A stretch of 54,996 bases of DNA. It comes from a virus. Its lineage: Duplodnaviria > Heunggongvirae > Uroviricota > Caudoviricetes. The translations under genes were made by a program, and so were the position numbers. Positions 8,824-17,689 of this stretch are shown one piece after another. The notes below the pieces were generated by a model. It did not search any database, was not told the origin of the DNA, and saw only the letters and a program-made list of their open reading frames with translations. The DNA lies in IMG/VR virus record IMGVR_UViG_3300045988_171436, positions 1 to 54,996 of that record; one strand, given 5' to 3'. How positions within the stretch are numbered: position 1 is the first letter of the stretch; each line of letters opens with the position of its first letter.

Positions 8824-9476
8824 TGAGTAATAAATATTGCCAGGCGCTGGTGGAACTGCGGAATAAACCAGCCCATGAACTGAAGGAAGTGGGAGATCAG
8901 TGGCGCACGCCGGATAACATTTTCTGGGGAATTAACACCCTGTTTGGTCCGTTTGTTCTGGATCTGTTCACTGACGGTGATAACGCCAAATGTGCCGCGT
9001 ATTACACGGCGGAAGACAACGCGCTGGCGCATGACTGGTCAGAACGTCTTGCGGAGCTTAAAGGTGCTGCCTTTGGTAATCCCCCATACAGCCGCGCCAG
9101 TCAGCATGAGGGGCAATACATCACCGGCATGCGTTACATCATGAAGCATGCCAGTGCCATGCGTGATAAAGGCGGGCGCTATGTTTTCCTGATCAAAGCT
9201 GCCACCAGCGAAGTGTGGTGGCCGGAAGATGCAGACCATATTGCTTTTATTCGCGGGCGTATTGGTTTTGAACTGCCTGTCTGGTTTATCCCGAAAGACG
9301 AGAAGCAGGTGCCGACAGGAGCGTTCTTCGCTGGTGCTATTGCTGTTTTCGATAAGACCTGGAAGGGACCGGCAATCAGCTACATCGGGCGCGATGAACT
9401 TGAGACATGTGGTGAGGCGTTTCTGGCGCAGGTTCGCCAGCAGGCGGAAAAACTGGTCAGGGAGATGGCGGCATGA
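8823..9476 (+). CDS. Phage Dam-like N6-adenine DNA methyltransferase
   Basis: FGNPPYS motif (NPPY catalytic motif IV); TAATG stop/start overlap with upstream gene. Confidence 0.75.
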   Translation: MSNKYCQALVELRNKPAHELKEVGDQWRTPDNIFWGINTLFGPFVLDLFTDGDNAKCAAYYTAEDNALAHDWSERLAELKGAAFGNPPYSRASQHEGQYITGMRYIMKHASAMRDKGGRYVFLIKAATSEVWWPEDADHIAFIRGRIGFELPVWFIPKDEKQVPTGAFFAGAIAVFDKTWKGPAISYIGRDELETCGEAFLAQVRQQAEKLVREMAA

Positions 9477-9799
9477 CGACATTAACTCAATGCCAGCAGC
9501 AGGTGCTGGATATGCTGATTTCTTATCAGAAAGAACGTGGCTTCCCGCCAACCAATCAGGAGGTGGCTACCATGCTGGGATACCGTTCAGTGAATGCAGC
9601 GGTGGAGCATCTTCGCGCACTGGAGAAAAAAGGCGTCATCACGATAAAGCGTGGCGTGGCACGGGGGATAACGCTTCATACCGCGGTGAAGGACGACGAC
9701 AGCGAGGCGGTCGGGATTATCCGCTCACTGCTTGCCGGTGAGGAAAACGCCAGGCTGCGTGCAGCCCACTGGTTACATGAGAGGGGCCTGAAAGTATGA
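9473..9799 (+). CDS. LexA-N-terminal-like winged-HTH DNA-binding protein
   Basis: 108 aa, MTTLTQCQQQVLDMLISYQKERGFPPTNQEVATMLGYRSVNAAVEHLRALEKKGVI. Confidence 0.45.
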   Translation: MTTLTQCQQQVLDMLISYQKERGFPPTNQEVATMLGYRSVNAAVEHLRALEKKGVITIKRGVARGITLHTAVKDDDSEAVGIIRSLLAGEENARLRAAHWLHERGLKV

Positions 9800-10185
9800 A
9801 GCTGATCCTGCCTTTTCCGCCCAGCGTGAACACGTACTGGCGACACCCCAACAAAGGGGCGTTTGCTGGTAAGAGCCTGATAAGCGCGGCGGGGCGCAAA
9901 TTCCAGAGCGCGGCGTGTGCAGCAATAGTTGAGCAGTTACGTCGTCTGCCAAAACCAACGTCGGCACCTGCTTCAGTGGAGATCGTGTTGTTTCCTCCGG
10001 ATAACCGGATCCGCGATCTGGACAACTATAACAAGGCGCTGTTTGACGCCCTGACCCACGCGGGTGTGTGGGAAGACGACAGTCAGGTGAAAAGAATGCT
10101 GGTGGAGTGGGGACCGGTTATCCCGGAAGGGAAGGTCGAGATCACTATCAGTAAGTACGAGAAACCGGCGGGTGCAGCCGCCTGA
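9796..10185 (+). CDS. rusA: RusA-family Holliday junction resolvase
   Basis: 129 aa with RIRDLDNYNKALFDALTHAGVWEDDSQV acidic catalytic cluster typical of RusA. Confidence 0.75.
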   Translation: MKLILPFPPSVNTYWRHPNKGAFAGKSLISAAGRKFQSAACAAIVEQLRRLPKPTSAPASVEIVLFPPDNRIRDLDNYNKALFDALTHAGVWEDDSQVKRMLVEWGPVIPEGKVEITISKYEKPAGAAA

Positions 10186-10204
10186 TTAAGAGGAGAAACG
10201 AAGT

Positions 10205-11002
10205 ATGAATAATCTGATGGTTATTGATGGTATTGAAGTTCGTCGTGATGCTTATGGGCGTTACAGCCTGAACGATCTGCACAGGGCTGCCGGTTCTCTG
10301 GATAAACATAAGCCTGCATTCTGGCTCCGCAATGAGCAAACCGAACGTTTAATAAGCGAGTTGCAGATTTGCAACTCGGTCAATATAGCGCCAGTTAACG
10401 TTATTCGTGGCGGAAATAACCAAGGGACGTATGTCTGCAAAGAACTGGTGTATGCCTATGCAATGTGGATCAGCCCGTCATTCCATCTGAAGGTGATCCG
10501 TACTTTCGATATGGTAACCAGCACACCGGAAAAATTATCCGGGCAGGCTGCTGACAAGATGCAGGCTGGCGTGATCCTGCTGGACTTTATGCGCCGGGAG
10601 TTAAACCTGTCTAACTCTTCAGTGCTTGGTGCCTGTCAGAAACTCCAGGAGGCTGTTGGCTTACCGAATCTGGCACCGCGCTATGCCATTGATGCTCCTG
10701 CTGACGCGCCTGATGGCTCAAGCCGCCCCACGCTGTCACTGAGTGCACTGCTGAAGCAGTATGGTATCTGCCTGACAGCTAATCAGGCATATCACCAGAT
10801 GGCGAAGCTGGGGATCGTTGAACAACGCGAACGATACAGCCGTACCGCGATTAACAACATCAAAAAATTCTGGTCGCTGACGGCGAAAGGCTGCATGTTC
10901 GGCAAGAACATCACCAGTCCTGCAAATCCGCGCGAGACGCAGCCGCATTTCTTCGAATCCCGATTCCCTGAGCTGTTAAAGCTGCTCGATACCGTTCATT
11001 GA
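10205..11002 (+). CDS. KilA-N domain protein (antirepressor-like)
   Basis: N-terminus MNNLMVIDGIEVRRDAYGRYSLNDLHRAAG typical of KilA-N. Confidence 0.55.
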   Translation: MNNLMVIDGIEVRRDAYGRYSLNDLHRAAGSLDKHKPAFWLRNEQTERLISELQICNSVNIAPVNVIRGGNNQGTYVCKELVYAYAMWISPSFHLKVIRTFDMVTSTPEKLSGQAADKMQAGVILLDFMRRELNLSNSSVLGACQKLQEAVGLPNLAPRYAIDAPADAPDGSSRPTLSLSALLKQYGICLTANQAYHQMAKLGIVEQRERYSRTAINNIKKFWSLTAKGCMFGKNITSPANPRETQPHFFESRFPELLKLLDTVH

Positions 11003-11003
11003 G

Positions 11004-11999
11004 GTGACCGTGAGAGCACTACTGACCCCTGAAATTGCCCCGCGTATGGGGATCGTATTGTTCAGACCAGGTTCAGAGCTGATGCCCCTGTTTATGCAGG
11101 GGCGTGTCCTGCTGGAGCCTGAGCCGGAACGTTATTCATCTTTCGCCAGTGGTGCCGTTCCGGCGGCATCACAACCGCTGGCGGATGATCCTGCCGTTCA
11201 GGCCGTGTTCCGCAATGAGGCAGTGATCCGTCGTGCTGGTGGCGTGGAATGTCTTGAAAGCTGGTTACTTCGTGAAAAAGGCTGCCAGTGGCCTCATTCC
11301 GACTGGCACAGCGAGAACATGACCACAATGCGACACGCTCCGGGCGCAATCCGTCTGTGCTGGCACTGCGATAACCAGCTGCGCGATCAGTTCACGGAAC
11401 GGCTGGAATCAATGGCAACGGATAACTGTGCCCGCTGGGTGTTGTCTGTTGTGCGTCGGGATCTCGGTTTTGATGACAGTCACGTTGTGACAATGCCGGA
11501 ACTGTGCTGGTGGCTGATTCGTAATGATCTGGCGGATGCCTTACCGGAAAGTGCAGCCCGTAAGGCACTGAGATTACCGAAGCCTGTTGTGCCGTCTGTT
11601 ACCCGGGAAAGTGACCTTGTGCCTTCGGTTCCTGCCACCAGCATCATCCAGGATAAGGCGAAAAAGGTGCTGGCGCTGAAAGTGGAGCCGGAGTCGCCGG
11701 AGTCTTTTATGTTACGCCCCAAACGTCGCCGCTGGGTTAACGAAAAGTACACGCGCTGGGTTAAGACGCAGCCGTGTGCATGTTGTGGAAAGCCTGCTGA
11801 TGATCCCCACCACCTGATAGGCCACGGTCAGGGTGGAATAGGTACAAAAGCGCATGACCTCTTCGTGCTGCCTTTGTGCAGAAAGCATCACGACGAGCTG
11901 CATGCGGATACCGTGGCATTTGAAGAGAAGTATGGCTCCCAGTTGGAGCTGATATTTCGTTTTATCGATCGCGCGCTGGCAACTGGCGTGCTGGCCTGA
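11004..11999 (+). CDS. DUF968-like phage protein with Cys/His-rich C-terminus
   Basis: C-terminal CACCGKPADDPHHLIGHGQGG...CRKHHDELH motif. Confidence 0.45.
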   Translation: MTVRALLTPEIAPRMGIVLFRPGSELMPLFMQGRVLLEPEPERYSSFASGAVPAASQPLADDPAVQAVFRNEAVIRRAGGVECLESWLLREKGCQWPHSDWHSENMTTMRHAPGAIRLCWHCDNQLRDQFTERLESMATDNCARWVLSVVRRDLGFDDSHVVTMPELCWWLIRNDLADALPESAARKALRLPKPVVPSVTRESDLVPSVPATSIIQDKAKKVLALKVEPESPESFMLRPKRRRWVNEKYTRWVKTQPCACCGKPADDPHHLIGHGQGGIGTKAHDLFVLPLCRKHHDELHADTVAFEEKYGSQLELIFRFIDRALATGVLA

Positions 12000-12001
12000 T
12001 T

Positions 12002-12379
12002 TTGTGGAGAAAGTTGATGCGTGATATTCAGATGGTTCTGGATCGTTGGGGTGCATGGGCGGCGAGTGATAGTTCTGGGGTAGACTATTCGCCTATAGCT
12101 GCTGGGTTTAAAGGGCTTCTTCCCTTTACAAGCAAAACACGTCAGGCTTGTTCAGATAGTGATGCATTAATTATTGAAGGTTGTCTTGCTCGTCTAAAGC
12201 AAAAAAGACCTGAAGAACACTCGCTTCTTGTTGCCCATTACCTATACGGTATCTCTAAAAGAAAGCTCGCTAAAGCTCGCAAAAAGGATGAGAAAATAAT
12301 ACGCATTGAGATACAGATGGCTGAGGGATTTATAGAAGGTTGTCTAGCTATTCTAAATGTTAGCTTAGATATGGATTAA
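12002..12379 (+). CDS. Late antiterminator Q-like protein
   Basis: 125 aa; MRDIQMVLDRWGAWAA... N-terminus typical of small Q-like antiterminators of E. coli cryptic prophages (recalled); position before the lysis genes. Confidence 0.55.
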   Translation: MWRKLMRDIQMVLDRWGAWAASDSSGVDYSPIAAGFKGLLPFTSKTRQACSDSDALIIEGCLARLKQKRPEEHSLLVAHYLYGISKRKLAKARKKDEKIIRIEIQMAEGFIEGCLAILNVSLDMD

Positions 12380-12395
12380 TATCTTGGTTTGGATA

Positions 12396-12417
12396 AGCAG
12401 GTGTGCTTGCACCTGCT
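12396..12417. terminator. Stem-loop between convergent Q gene and moron operon
   Basis: AGCAGGTG-TGCTTG-CACCTGCT, perfect 8-bp stem. Confidence 0.5.
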
Positions 12418-12422
12418 TAATA

Positions 12423-12875
12423 TTATATGTGGGGTAATATCCAGTTTATTTTCCTCCAGGTACTTGCAAATGAAACTATTGATACGATCAGGGTCGAGAA
12501 ACCATATAAGGTTAGGGCGAAATCAAGTCTTACAGAGGTAATGGTGATTTTTTCATTTATAAACATAGCTATCAGCGGGAAAATACATGCTAATATTAAG
12601 GTAACTCCCGTAGATAACAGGTTATGAATAATTTTAGGTAAAATCTTGTTTTGTTTTAAAGCAAAAATAATTCCATCAGTACTTGAACTTGCAGAACTGA
12701 AGATGGAAATAGCGGCCAATACAAAACCAAACAAAATGCCTGCCACCGTAGATAACACTCCGGCTGTACTTAAGATATCAGAGTGAGCCATAGGCGCTAG
12801 GTATTTCCCAAGCACCCAAGCTAACAGCCCACTGATAACTATGTTAATTAAAACTTTAATAAGCATAATCATCAT
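12423..12875 (-). CDS. Small four-TM membrane protein (150 aa), second gene of antisense two-gene moron
   Basis: Four hydrophobic segments (about res 2-24, 38-60, 88-110, 120-140); AT-rich; 12 nt downstream of partner gene. Confidence 0.6.
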   Translation of the reverse strand: MMIMLIKVLINIVISGLLAWVLGKYLAPMAHSDILSTAGVLSTVAGILFGFVLAAISIFSSASSSTDGIIFALKQNKILPKIIHNLLSTGVTLILACIFPLIAMFINEKITITSVRLDFALTLYGFSTLIVSIVSFASTWRKINWILPHI

Positions 12876-12889
12876 CCTTAAAAATAAGA

Positions 12890-13822
12890 TCAGATTTCAT
12901 ATTGCTTTAAATACTGACCATGTTCAATTTTAGCACTGATCAAGGCAGTACGCACATCTGTTTCTTTTGCGTAGCCATCTTTTGTGTTAATGTTTTTTTC
13001 ACTGATCAGAACTTGATTGAGAAGACTCCTTGAATGAGTATTTTTAGGTTCAGTGACATTAGCTTTACGTAATAAGTGAGGAACTTTTTCTATTAATTCC
13101 TTTATTCCACTTTTTACTTCATCACTGAGATAACCACGGATTAATTTACGTTGCGATGCTCTACCTCTAAGTGATAGTTTTAAATGCGAACCGCCCATCC
13201 CAGCCATCATTTCAATCATACTTTTGGAAAATGAATTCGAAAGGTCATAATCCGTTGCGCTAAAATTACGTGGAGCGGCGAGTGTAATTTCACAGCTACG
13301 TAAAGTGCTTCCTGTTTCAAGTAGTTCTTTTACACTTTCTTTTTTCCAAATGGCCTCAAACGCTACAGGTTTGTTTTCTTCAGAAAAATTGAATAAAAGA
13401 AATGCTAAATCGGAAACTTTAGGTCCTAAATGATTTTGAGATAAAACAAGAATGTCTTTCTTATAGTAGTAAATAAAATAAGTGCGTTCGACTATATATT
13501 TTTTATCATCTAACGGAATATTGTGCTCATCCCAATTTTCATCACCAATATAAGGTAAGTGGAAACCATCACGAGAGCATGATAGATAACCAAAATAGAA
13601 CTCCGCCTGTGCGTCTTTTTCTAAGAATACAATCTTTAATTTTTTCTTATCAAACTCAGCGGTATAAGAATTTTGCGAAGGTGTAACAATGGTTGTATAC
13701 ATGTTGTCAAATGCAAGTTGTGCATTTGATGTAGTTGACTTCGTTCCTGAGGAGCTTTGGAAGAAACCGATACGCATTTTTTTTTGTTTAGTTAGTGGCG
13801 CGGAAGTGGCTGTAGTAGTCAT
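12890..13822 (-). CDS. Hypothetical soluble protein (310 aa), first gene of antisense two-gene moron
   Basis: AT-rich ORF, ATG at 13822, no motif recognised by eye. Confidence 0.6.
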   Translation of the reverse strand: MTTTATSAPLTKQKKMRIGFFQSSSGTKSTTSNAQLAFDNMYTTIVTPSQNSYTAEFDKKKLKIVFLEKDAQAEFYFGYLSCSRDGFHLPYIGDENWDEHNIPLDDKKYIVERTYFIYYYKKDILVLSQNHLGPKVSDLAFLLFNFSEENKPVAFEAIWKKESVKELLETGSTLRSCEITLAAPRNFSATDYDLSNSFSKSMIEMMAGMGGSHLKLSLRGRASQRKLIRGYLSDEVKSGIKELIEKVPHLLRKANVTEPKNTHSRSLLNQVLISEKNINTKDGYAKETDVRTALISAKIEHGQYLKQYEI

Positions 13823-14098
13823 TAAAATTACCCTTTATTATCCTTTTGAATCAATGGGTTGTGATTTGTTAATGATCCTAGGTTCGTTGCATATGCATAA
13901 TCTATCAAAAAAAACTTACGCGGTCCGCATATTCTCGTTTACTGTGTTAAGAGTGGTTACTTCGCCACACAGCTTAAACCCGCCGTCGAGCGGTTTTTTT
14001 GTACCTGTAAACCTGGTGCAGTACAGTAAACACGCTGGTGGTCGTGAATACTGACTTTTTATCTTGCTGGCTTTTTAGACAAGAGTTATTGGTATGTC

Positions 14099-14326
14099 AT
14101 GTTAACCAGAAGGGAAAAAGACATGCTAAAACAGCAAGATATGACAGAAACCGCCGCCGCAGTCCTTCATTTCTTACCTGCTGACAAGTGGGTAACGCCA
14201 CGCATGATGACGAGAACTACCGGAGTAAGCGAAGCCCGGTGCCAGTTAATACTGACTCAGTTAGTTCTGGCGGGTCTGGCGAAGGATAACGGCGGGTACG
14301 GGAATAAATTCAGACGCTGCCAGTAA
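14099..14326 (+). CDS. Small hypothetical protein (possible wHTH)
   Basis: 75-aa ORF upstream of the methylase. Confidence 0.3.
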   Translation: MLTRREKDMLKQQDMTETAAAVLHFLPADKWVTPRMMTRTTGVSEARCQLILTQLVLAGLAKDNGGYGNKFRRCQ

Positions 14327-14476
14327 TGGCGGTTTCCTGCTGTGAAAATGGGCGGCTGGTGGGTGTTGGTAGCACCTGCCAGCCATTCGCTCATGCTTAC
14401 TGGTCACAAGCGAACCACGGCCCACTGCTTTAGCGCAAAAGCAGAGTGAGCCTACCAGAGTTACGCTTACTGATCC

Positions 14477-15529
14477 ATGAAAAATACTGTAAAAATAAAC
14501 AGTGTTGATTTAATCAACGCTGATTGCCTGCATTTTATTCAGTCCCTGCCTGATGATTCCATTGACCTGATTGTTACCGATCCGCCGTACTTCAAGGTGA
14601 AACCCAACGGCTGGGACAATCAGTGGAAAGGGGACGAAGATTACCTTAAGTGGCTGGACCACTGTCTGGCCCAGTTCTGGCGGGTGTTAAAACCTGCCGG
14701 AAGCCTTTACCTGTTCTGTGGGCATCGCCTGGCATCTGATATTGAGATCATGATGCGTGAACGTTTCAACGTGCTTAACCATATCATCTGGGCGAAGCCG
14801 TCCGGACGTTGGAATGGGTGTAATAAAGAAAGTCTGCGCGCATATTTTCCTGCCACAGAGCGCGTTCTGTTTGCTGAACATTACCAGGGGCCATATCGCG
14901 GCAAAAGTGACGGCTATGCGGCAAAAGAAAGGGAACTCAAACAGCACATAATGGCACCGCTGATATCGTATTTCAGGGATGCTCGTGCCGAACTGGGTAT
15001 AACGGCAAAACAAATTGCCGAAGCCACAGGTAAGAAAAATATGGTTTCCCACTGGTTTGGTGCCAGTCAGTGGCAGTTGCCGAATGAGGCTGACTATCGG
15101 AAGTTACAGGCTCTGTTTTCCCGTATAGCGGCAGAGAAGTTTCAGGAACAACAACTGGAACAACCACACCACCAGCTGGTGGCATCTTATGATTCACTGA
15201 ATCGCAAATATTCTGAATTGCTGGATGAGTTTAAATCTCTCCGGCGCTATTTCTCCGTATCAGTCTCCGTGCCTTATACCGATGTCTGGACGCATAAGCC
15301 CGTTCAGTTCTACCCGGGTAAACATCCGTGCGAGAAACCGGCGGATATGCTCCGGCAAATAATCAATGCCAGTAGTCGACCTGGTGATCTGGTTGCTGAT
15401 TTCTTTATGGGATCCGGTTCCACAATAAAAGCAGCAATGGCGCTGGGGCGTCGGGCGTTAGGTGTTGAACTTGAGTCAGAGCGGTTTAATCAGACGGTGA
15501 AAGAGGTAAGTGAACTGGTGGGGAAATAA
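14477..15529 (+). CDS. DNA methyltransferase (N6-adenine/N4-cytosine, beta class)
   Basis: IVTDPPYF (motif IV) upstream of FFMGSGST (motif I FxGxG). Confidence 0.8.
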   Translation: MKNTVKINSVDLINADCLHFIQSLPDDSIDLIVTDPPYFKVKPNGWDNQWKGDEDYLKWLDHCLAQFWRVLKPAGSLYLFCGHRLASDIEIMMRERFNVLNHIIWAKPSGRWNGCNKESLRAYFPATERVLFAEHYQGPYRGKSDGYAAKERELKQHIMAPLISYFRDARAELGITAKQIAEATGKKNMVSHWFGASQWQLPNEADYRKLQALFSRIAAEKFQEQQLEQPHHQLVASYDSLNRKYSELLDEFKSLRRYFSVSVSVPYTDVWTHKPVQFYPGKHPCEKPADMLRQIINASSRPGDLVADFFMGSGSTIKAAMALGRRALGVELESERFNQTVKEVSELVGK

Positions 15530-15605
15530 TTCTGGTGGCCACGTTGCGTGGCCTTTTTATTTCCAACACAGCACCCGCAAATATCGCGAGGTGAGAGATG
15601 ACGAA

Positions 15606-15932
15606 ATGCCTCATAACCCAAATACCTGGCTGGACTTGGTCCAGAGCTGGTGGCGTGGAGACACACCGCTGGGTGCAGTGATTATGTCGATCGTTATGGC
15701 TGGTTTGCGCATCGCCTATTTTGGCGGTGGTGGTGGCTGGAAGCGAAAAACGCTCGAAATTCTACTCTGTGGCGCTCTGACGCTGACTTTTGCATCCGCT
15801 CTTGAGTATGTCGGATGGCCTAAATCACTTTCTGTTGCCATTGGTGGTGGGGTGGGGCTGATCGGTGTCGATGCTATTCGTGGGGCTGCAATGCGAGTAA
15901 TCGGTAACAAATTTGGTGGCTCTAAGGAGTAA
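15606..15932 (+). CDS. S: Holin (lambda S-like)
   Basis: Hydrophobic segments, AYFGGGGGWKRKT region resembling the lambda S loop, charged C-terminus; directly upstream of endolysin. Confidence 0.65.
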   Translation: MPHNPNTWLDLVQSWWRGDTPLGAVIMSIVMAGLRIAYFGGGGGWKRKTLEILLCGALTLTFASALEYVGWPKSLSVAIGGGVGLIGVDAIRGAAMRVIGNKFGGSKE

Positions 15933-15935
15933 TTT

Positions 15936-16412
15936 ATGCAGGTACTAAATTCCCAGCGTAAAGCTTTCCTTGATATGGTGGCTTGGTCAGAAGGAACGGA
16001 TAACGGACGACAACCGACACGTAACCACGGTTATGACGTTATTGTCGGTGGTGAACTCTTCACTGATTACTCCGATCACCCTCGCAAACTTGTCACGCTA
16101 AACCCGAAACTCAAGTCAACAGCCGCCGGACGTTACCAGCTTCTTTCACGCTGGTGGGATGCTTACCGTAAACAGCTTGGCCTGAAAGATTTTTCTCCAG
16201 AAAGCCAGGACGCTGTAGCTCTGCAGCAGATTAAAGAGCGTGACGCTTTACCGATGATTGACCGTGGCAATATTCGTCAGGCAATCGACCGTTGCAGCAA
16301 TATTTGGGCTTCATTGCCCGGTGCTGGCTACGGTCAGTATGAACACAAGATCGATAGTCTGATTGCCAAATTCAAAGAAGCTGGCGGGGTGGTTAATGAA
16401 ACTTCGCTATAA
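15936..16412 (+). CDS. R: Endolysin, lambda R-like lytic transglycosylase
   Basis: Near-identity over long stretches to lambda R as remembered (QRKAFLDM.AWSEGTDNGRQ.TRNHGYDVIVGGELFTDYSDHPRKLVTLNPKLKST.AGRYQLLSRWWDAYRKQLGLKDFSP). Confidence 0.9.
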   Translation: MQVLNSQRKAFLDMVAWSEGTDNGRQPTRNHGYDVIVGGELFTDYSDHPRKLVTLNPKLKSTAAGRYQLLSRWWDAYRKQLGLKDFSPESQDAVALQQIKERDALPMIDRGNIRQAIDRCSNIWASLPGAGYGQYEHKIDSLIAKFKEAGGVVNETSL

Positions 16413-16788
16413 GCTGGTTATTTCTGCTTTCCTCCTGACTTTATTCGGTTCTCTCGTCTGGTCAGCTAACCATTACCACAGCAAATACCAGCGCGAAAAG
16501 AAACGTGCTGATGAGGCTGTACAAAATGCCGAATCGGCAACCGCTATTACCAATAACGTCCTGCAATCACTGCAAATCGTCAATACAGTTCTGGAGGCTA
16601 ACCAGCATGCAAAACAGCAGATCGCACTGGAGTCACAGAGAACCCAGGCTGATATCAAAGTGGCTGTTGCGGATGATGATTGTGCTGTACGCCCTGTGCC
16701 TGCTGCCGCTGCTGACCGGTTGCGGAAGTACGCGAACAGTTTACGTGAGCATTCCGAAGACTCCACTACCAGTCAGCTTGACTTCTGA
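16396..16788 (+). CDS. Rz: i-spanin (Rz-like)
   Basis: N-terminal TM (LVISAFLLTLFGSLVW), coiled-coil-like remainder, overlaps endolysin stop. Confidence 0.65.
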   Translation: MKLRYKLVISAFLLTLFGSLVWSANHYHSKYQREKKRADEAVQNAESATAITNNVLQSLQIVNTVLEANQHAKQQIALESQRTQADIKVAVADDDCAVRPVPAAAADRLRKYANSLREHSEDSTTSQLDF

Positions 16789-16921
16789 TACACCTGTACC
16801 GTTTATACCCAACCCACTGACGTATGGTGCAAGTCTTGATTTGAATGTAAGTTTGTTATCCGCGTTGGCTCAATGTAATAGGGATAAGTCAGATATCAGA
16901 ATCATTGATAATCAAAATTGA
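16673..16921 (+). CDS. Rz1: o-spanin (Rz1-like lipoprotein), overlapped with and extending past Rz
   Basis: MMIVLYALCLLPLLTGC lipobox followed by Pro-rich segment, +1 frame inside the Rz 3' end. Confidence 0.5.
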   Translation: MMIVLYALCLLPLLTGCGSTRTVYVSIPKTPLPVSLTSDTPVPFIPNPLTYGASLDLNVSLLSALAQCNRDKSDIRIIDNQN

Positions 16922-17125
16922 TGTATATTTTTATCGTCATGTAGATAACGAACAAGGTATTCCTCTGATACGTATTCGTTGAATACAGGTCATGGGTAGG
17001 CATTGCAATATCGCTTCGAAATTATCTGTGATAATGCTCTTAATTTTGAATGTATGTATTTGGGAAAAGAGATAAAGTAATAGTCTAATTAATGGAGATA
17101 TCCACAAAACACAAAAGGGACTATT

Positions 17126-17632
17126 ATGAGACCAGATCAATTTTTCTATCCAGATACTTTTACCTTTAATTCATCCACCTATTATGGTCAACGTGACTCA
17201 TCTAAAGGCCGATTGTATATTCCTATTGAAAGTGACTTATGCCCATTTAATATCGGCGATATCATTGTACAAAAAATGGTCGACAGGGAAAGACTATTTG
17301 AAGTGCTTGATTACGAGGTGCAAATTAGTCTCGAGGTTGGTTGCCCTGGCTACTCACATTTGGCGGTATTGATAGTGAAGGCATTGGATGTAAAAGAGAA
17401 GCCGAAGCAGATTACGACCCATTTGACGTTTAACGGTGCTATTAATGCTGGTGGTGATTTTCAAGCCGGTAATGATAATTCGATCACAAAGAATATAACC
17501 ATTCAACAACTACATGATGCTATAGAGCATTGCAATGATCCAGAGGTTAAAAGCCTTTGGCAAAAGCTATTGGAAAATCCGACGTTTGCTTCAATTGCTT
17601 CAATATTGGCAAAAAGTGCTTTAGGACAGTAA
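17126..17632 (+). CDS. Hypothetical protein (168 aa), AT-rich moron between lysis and packaging modules
   Basis: ORF preceded by about 330 bp of AT-rich non-coding DNA and followed by a terminator. Confidence 0.5.
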   Translation: MRPDQFFYPDTFTFNSSTYYGQRDSSKGRLYIPIESDLCPFNIGDIIVQKMVDRERLFEVLDYEVQISLEVGCPGYSHLAVLIVKALDVKEKPKQITTHLTFNGAINAGGDFQAGNDNSITKNITIQQLHDAIEHCNDPEVKSLWQKLLENPTFASIASILAKSALGQ

Positions 17633-17640
17633 TTCATCAA

Positions 17641-17664
17641 GCCCCATTCAATATGGGGTTTTTA
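17641..17664 (+). terminator. Rho-independent terminator
   Basis: CCCCA-TTCAATA-TGGGG followed by TTTTTA. Confidence 0.6.
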
Positions 17665-17689
17665 TGCTTATTACAAAGAGTTTTCTTCA

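Noticed and set aside
12427-12627. 66-aa plus-strand ORF inside the four-TM gene
   Set aside because: Antisense to the membrane-protein gene whose hydropathy pattern is far more convincing.
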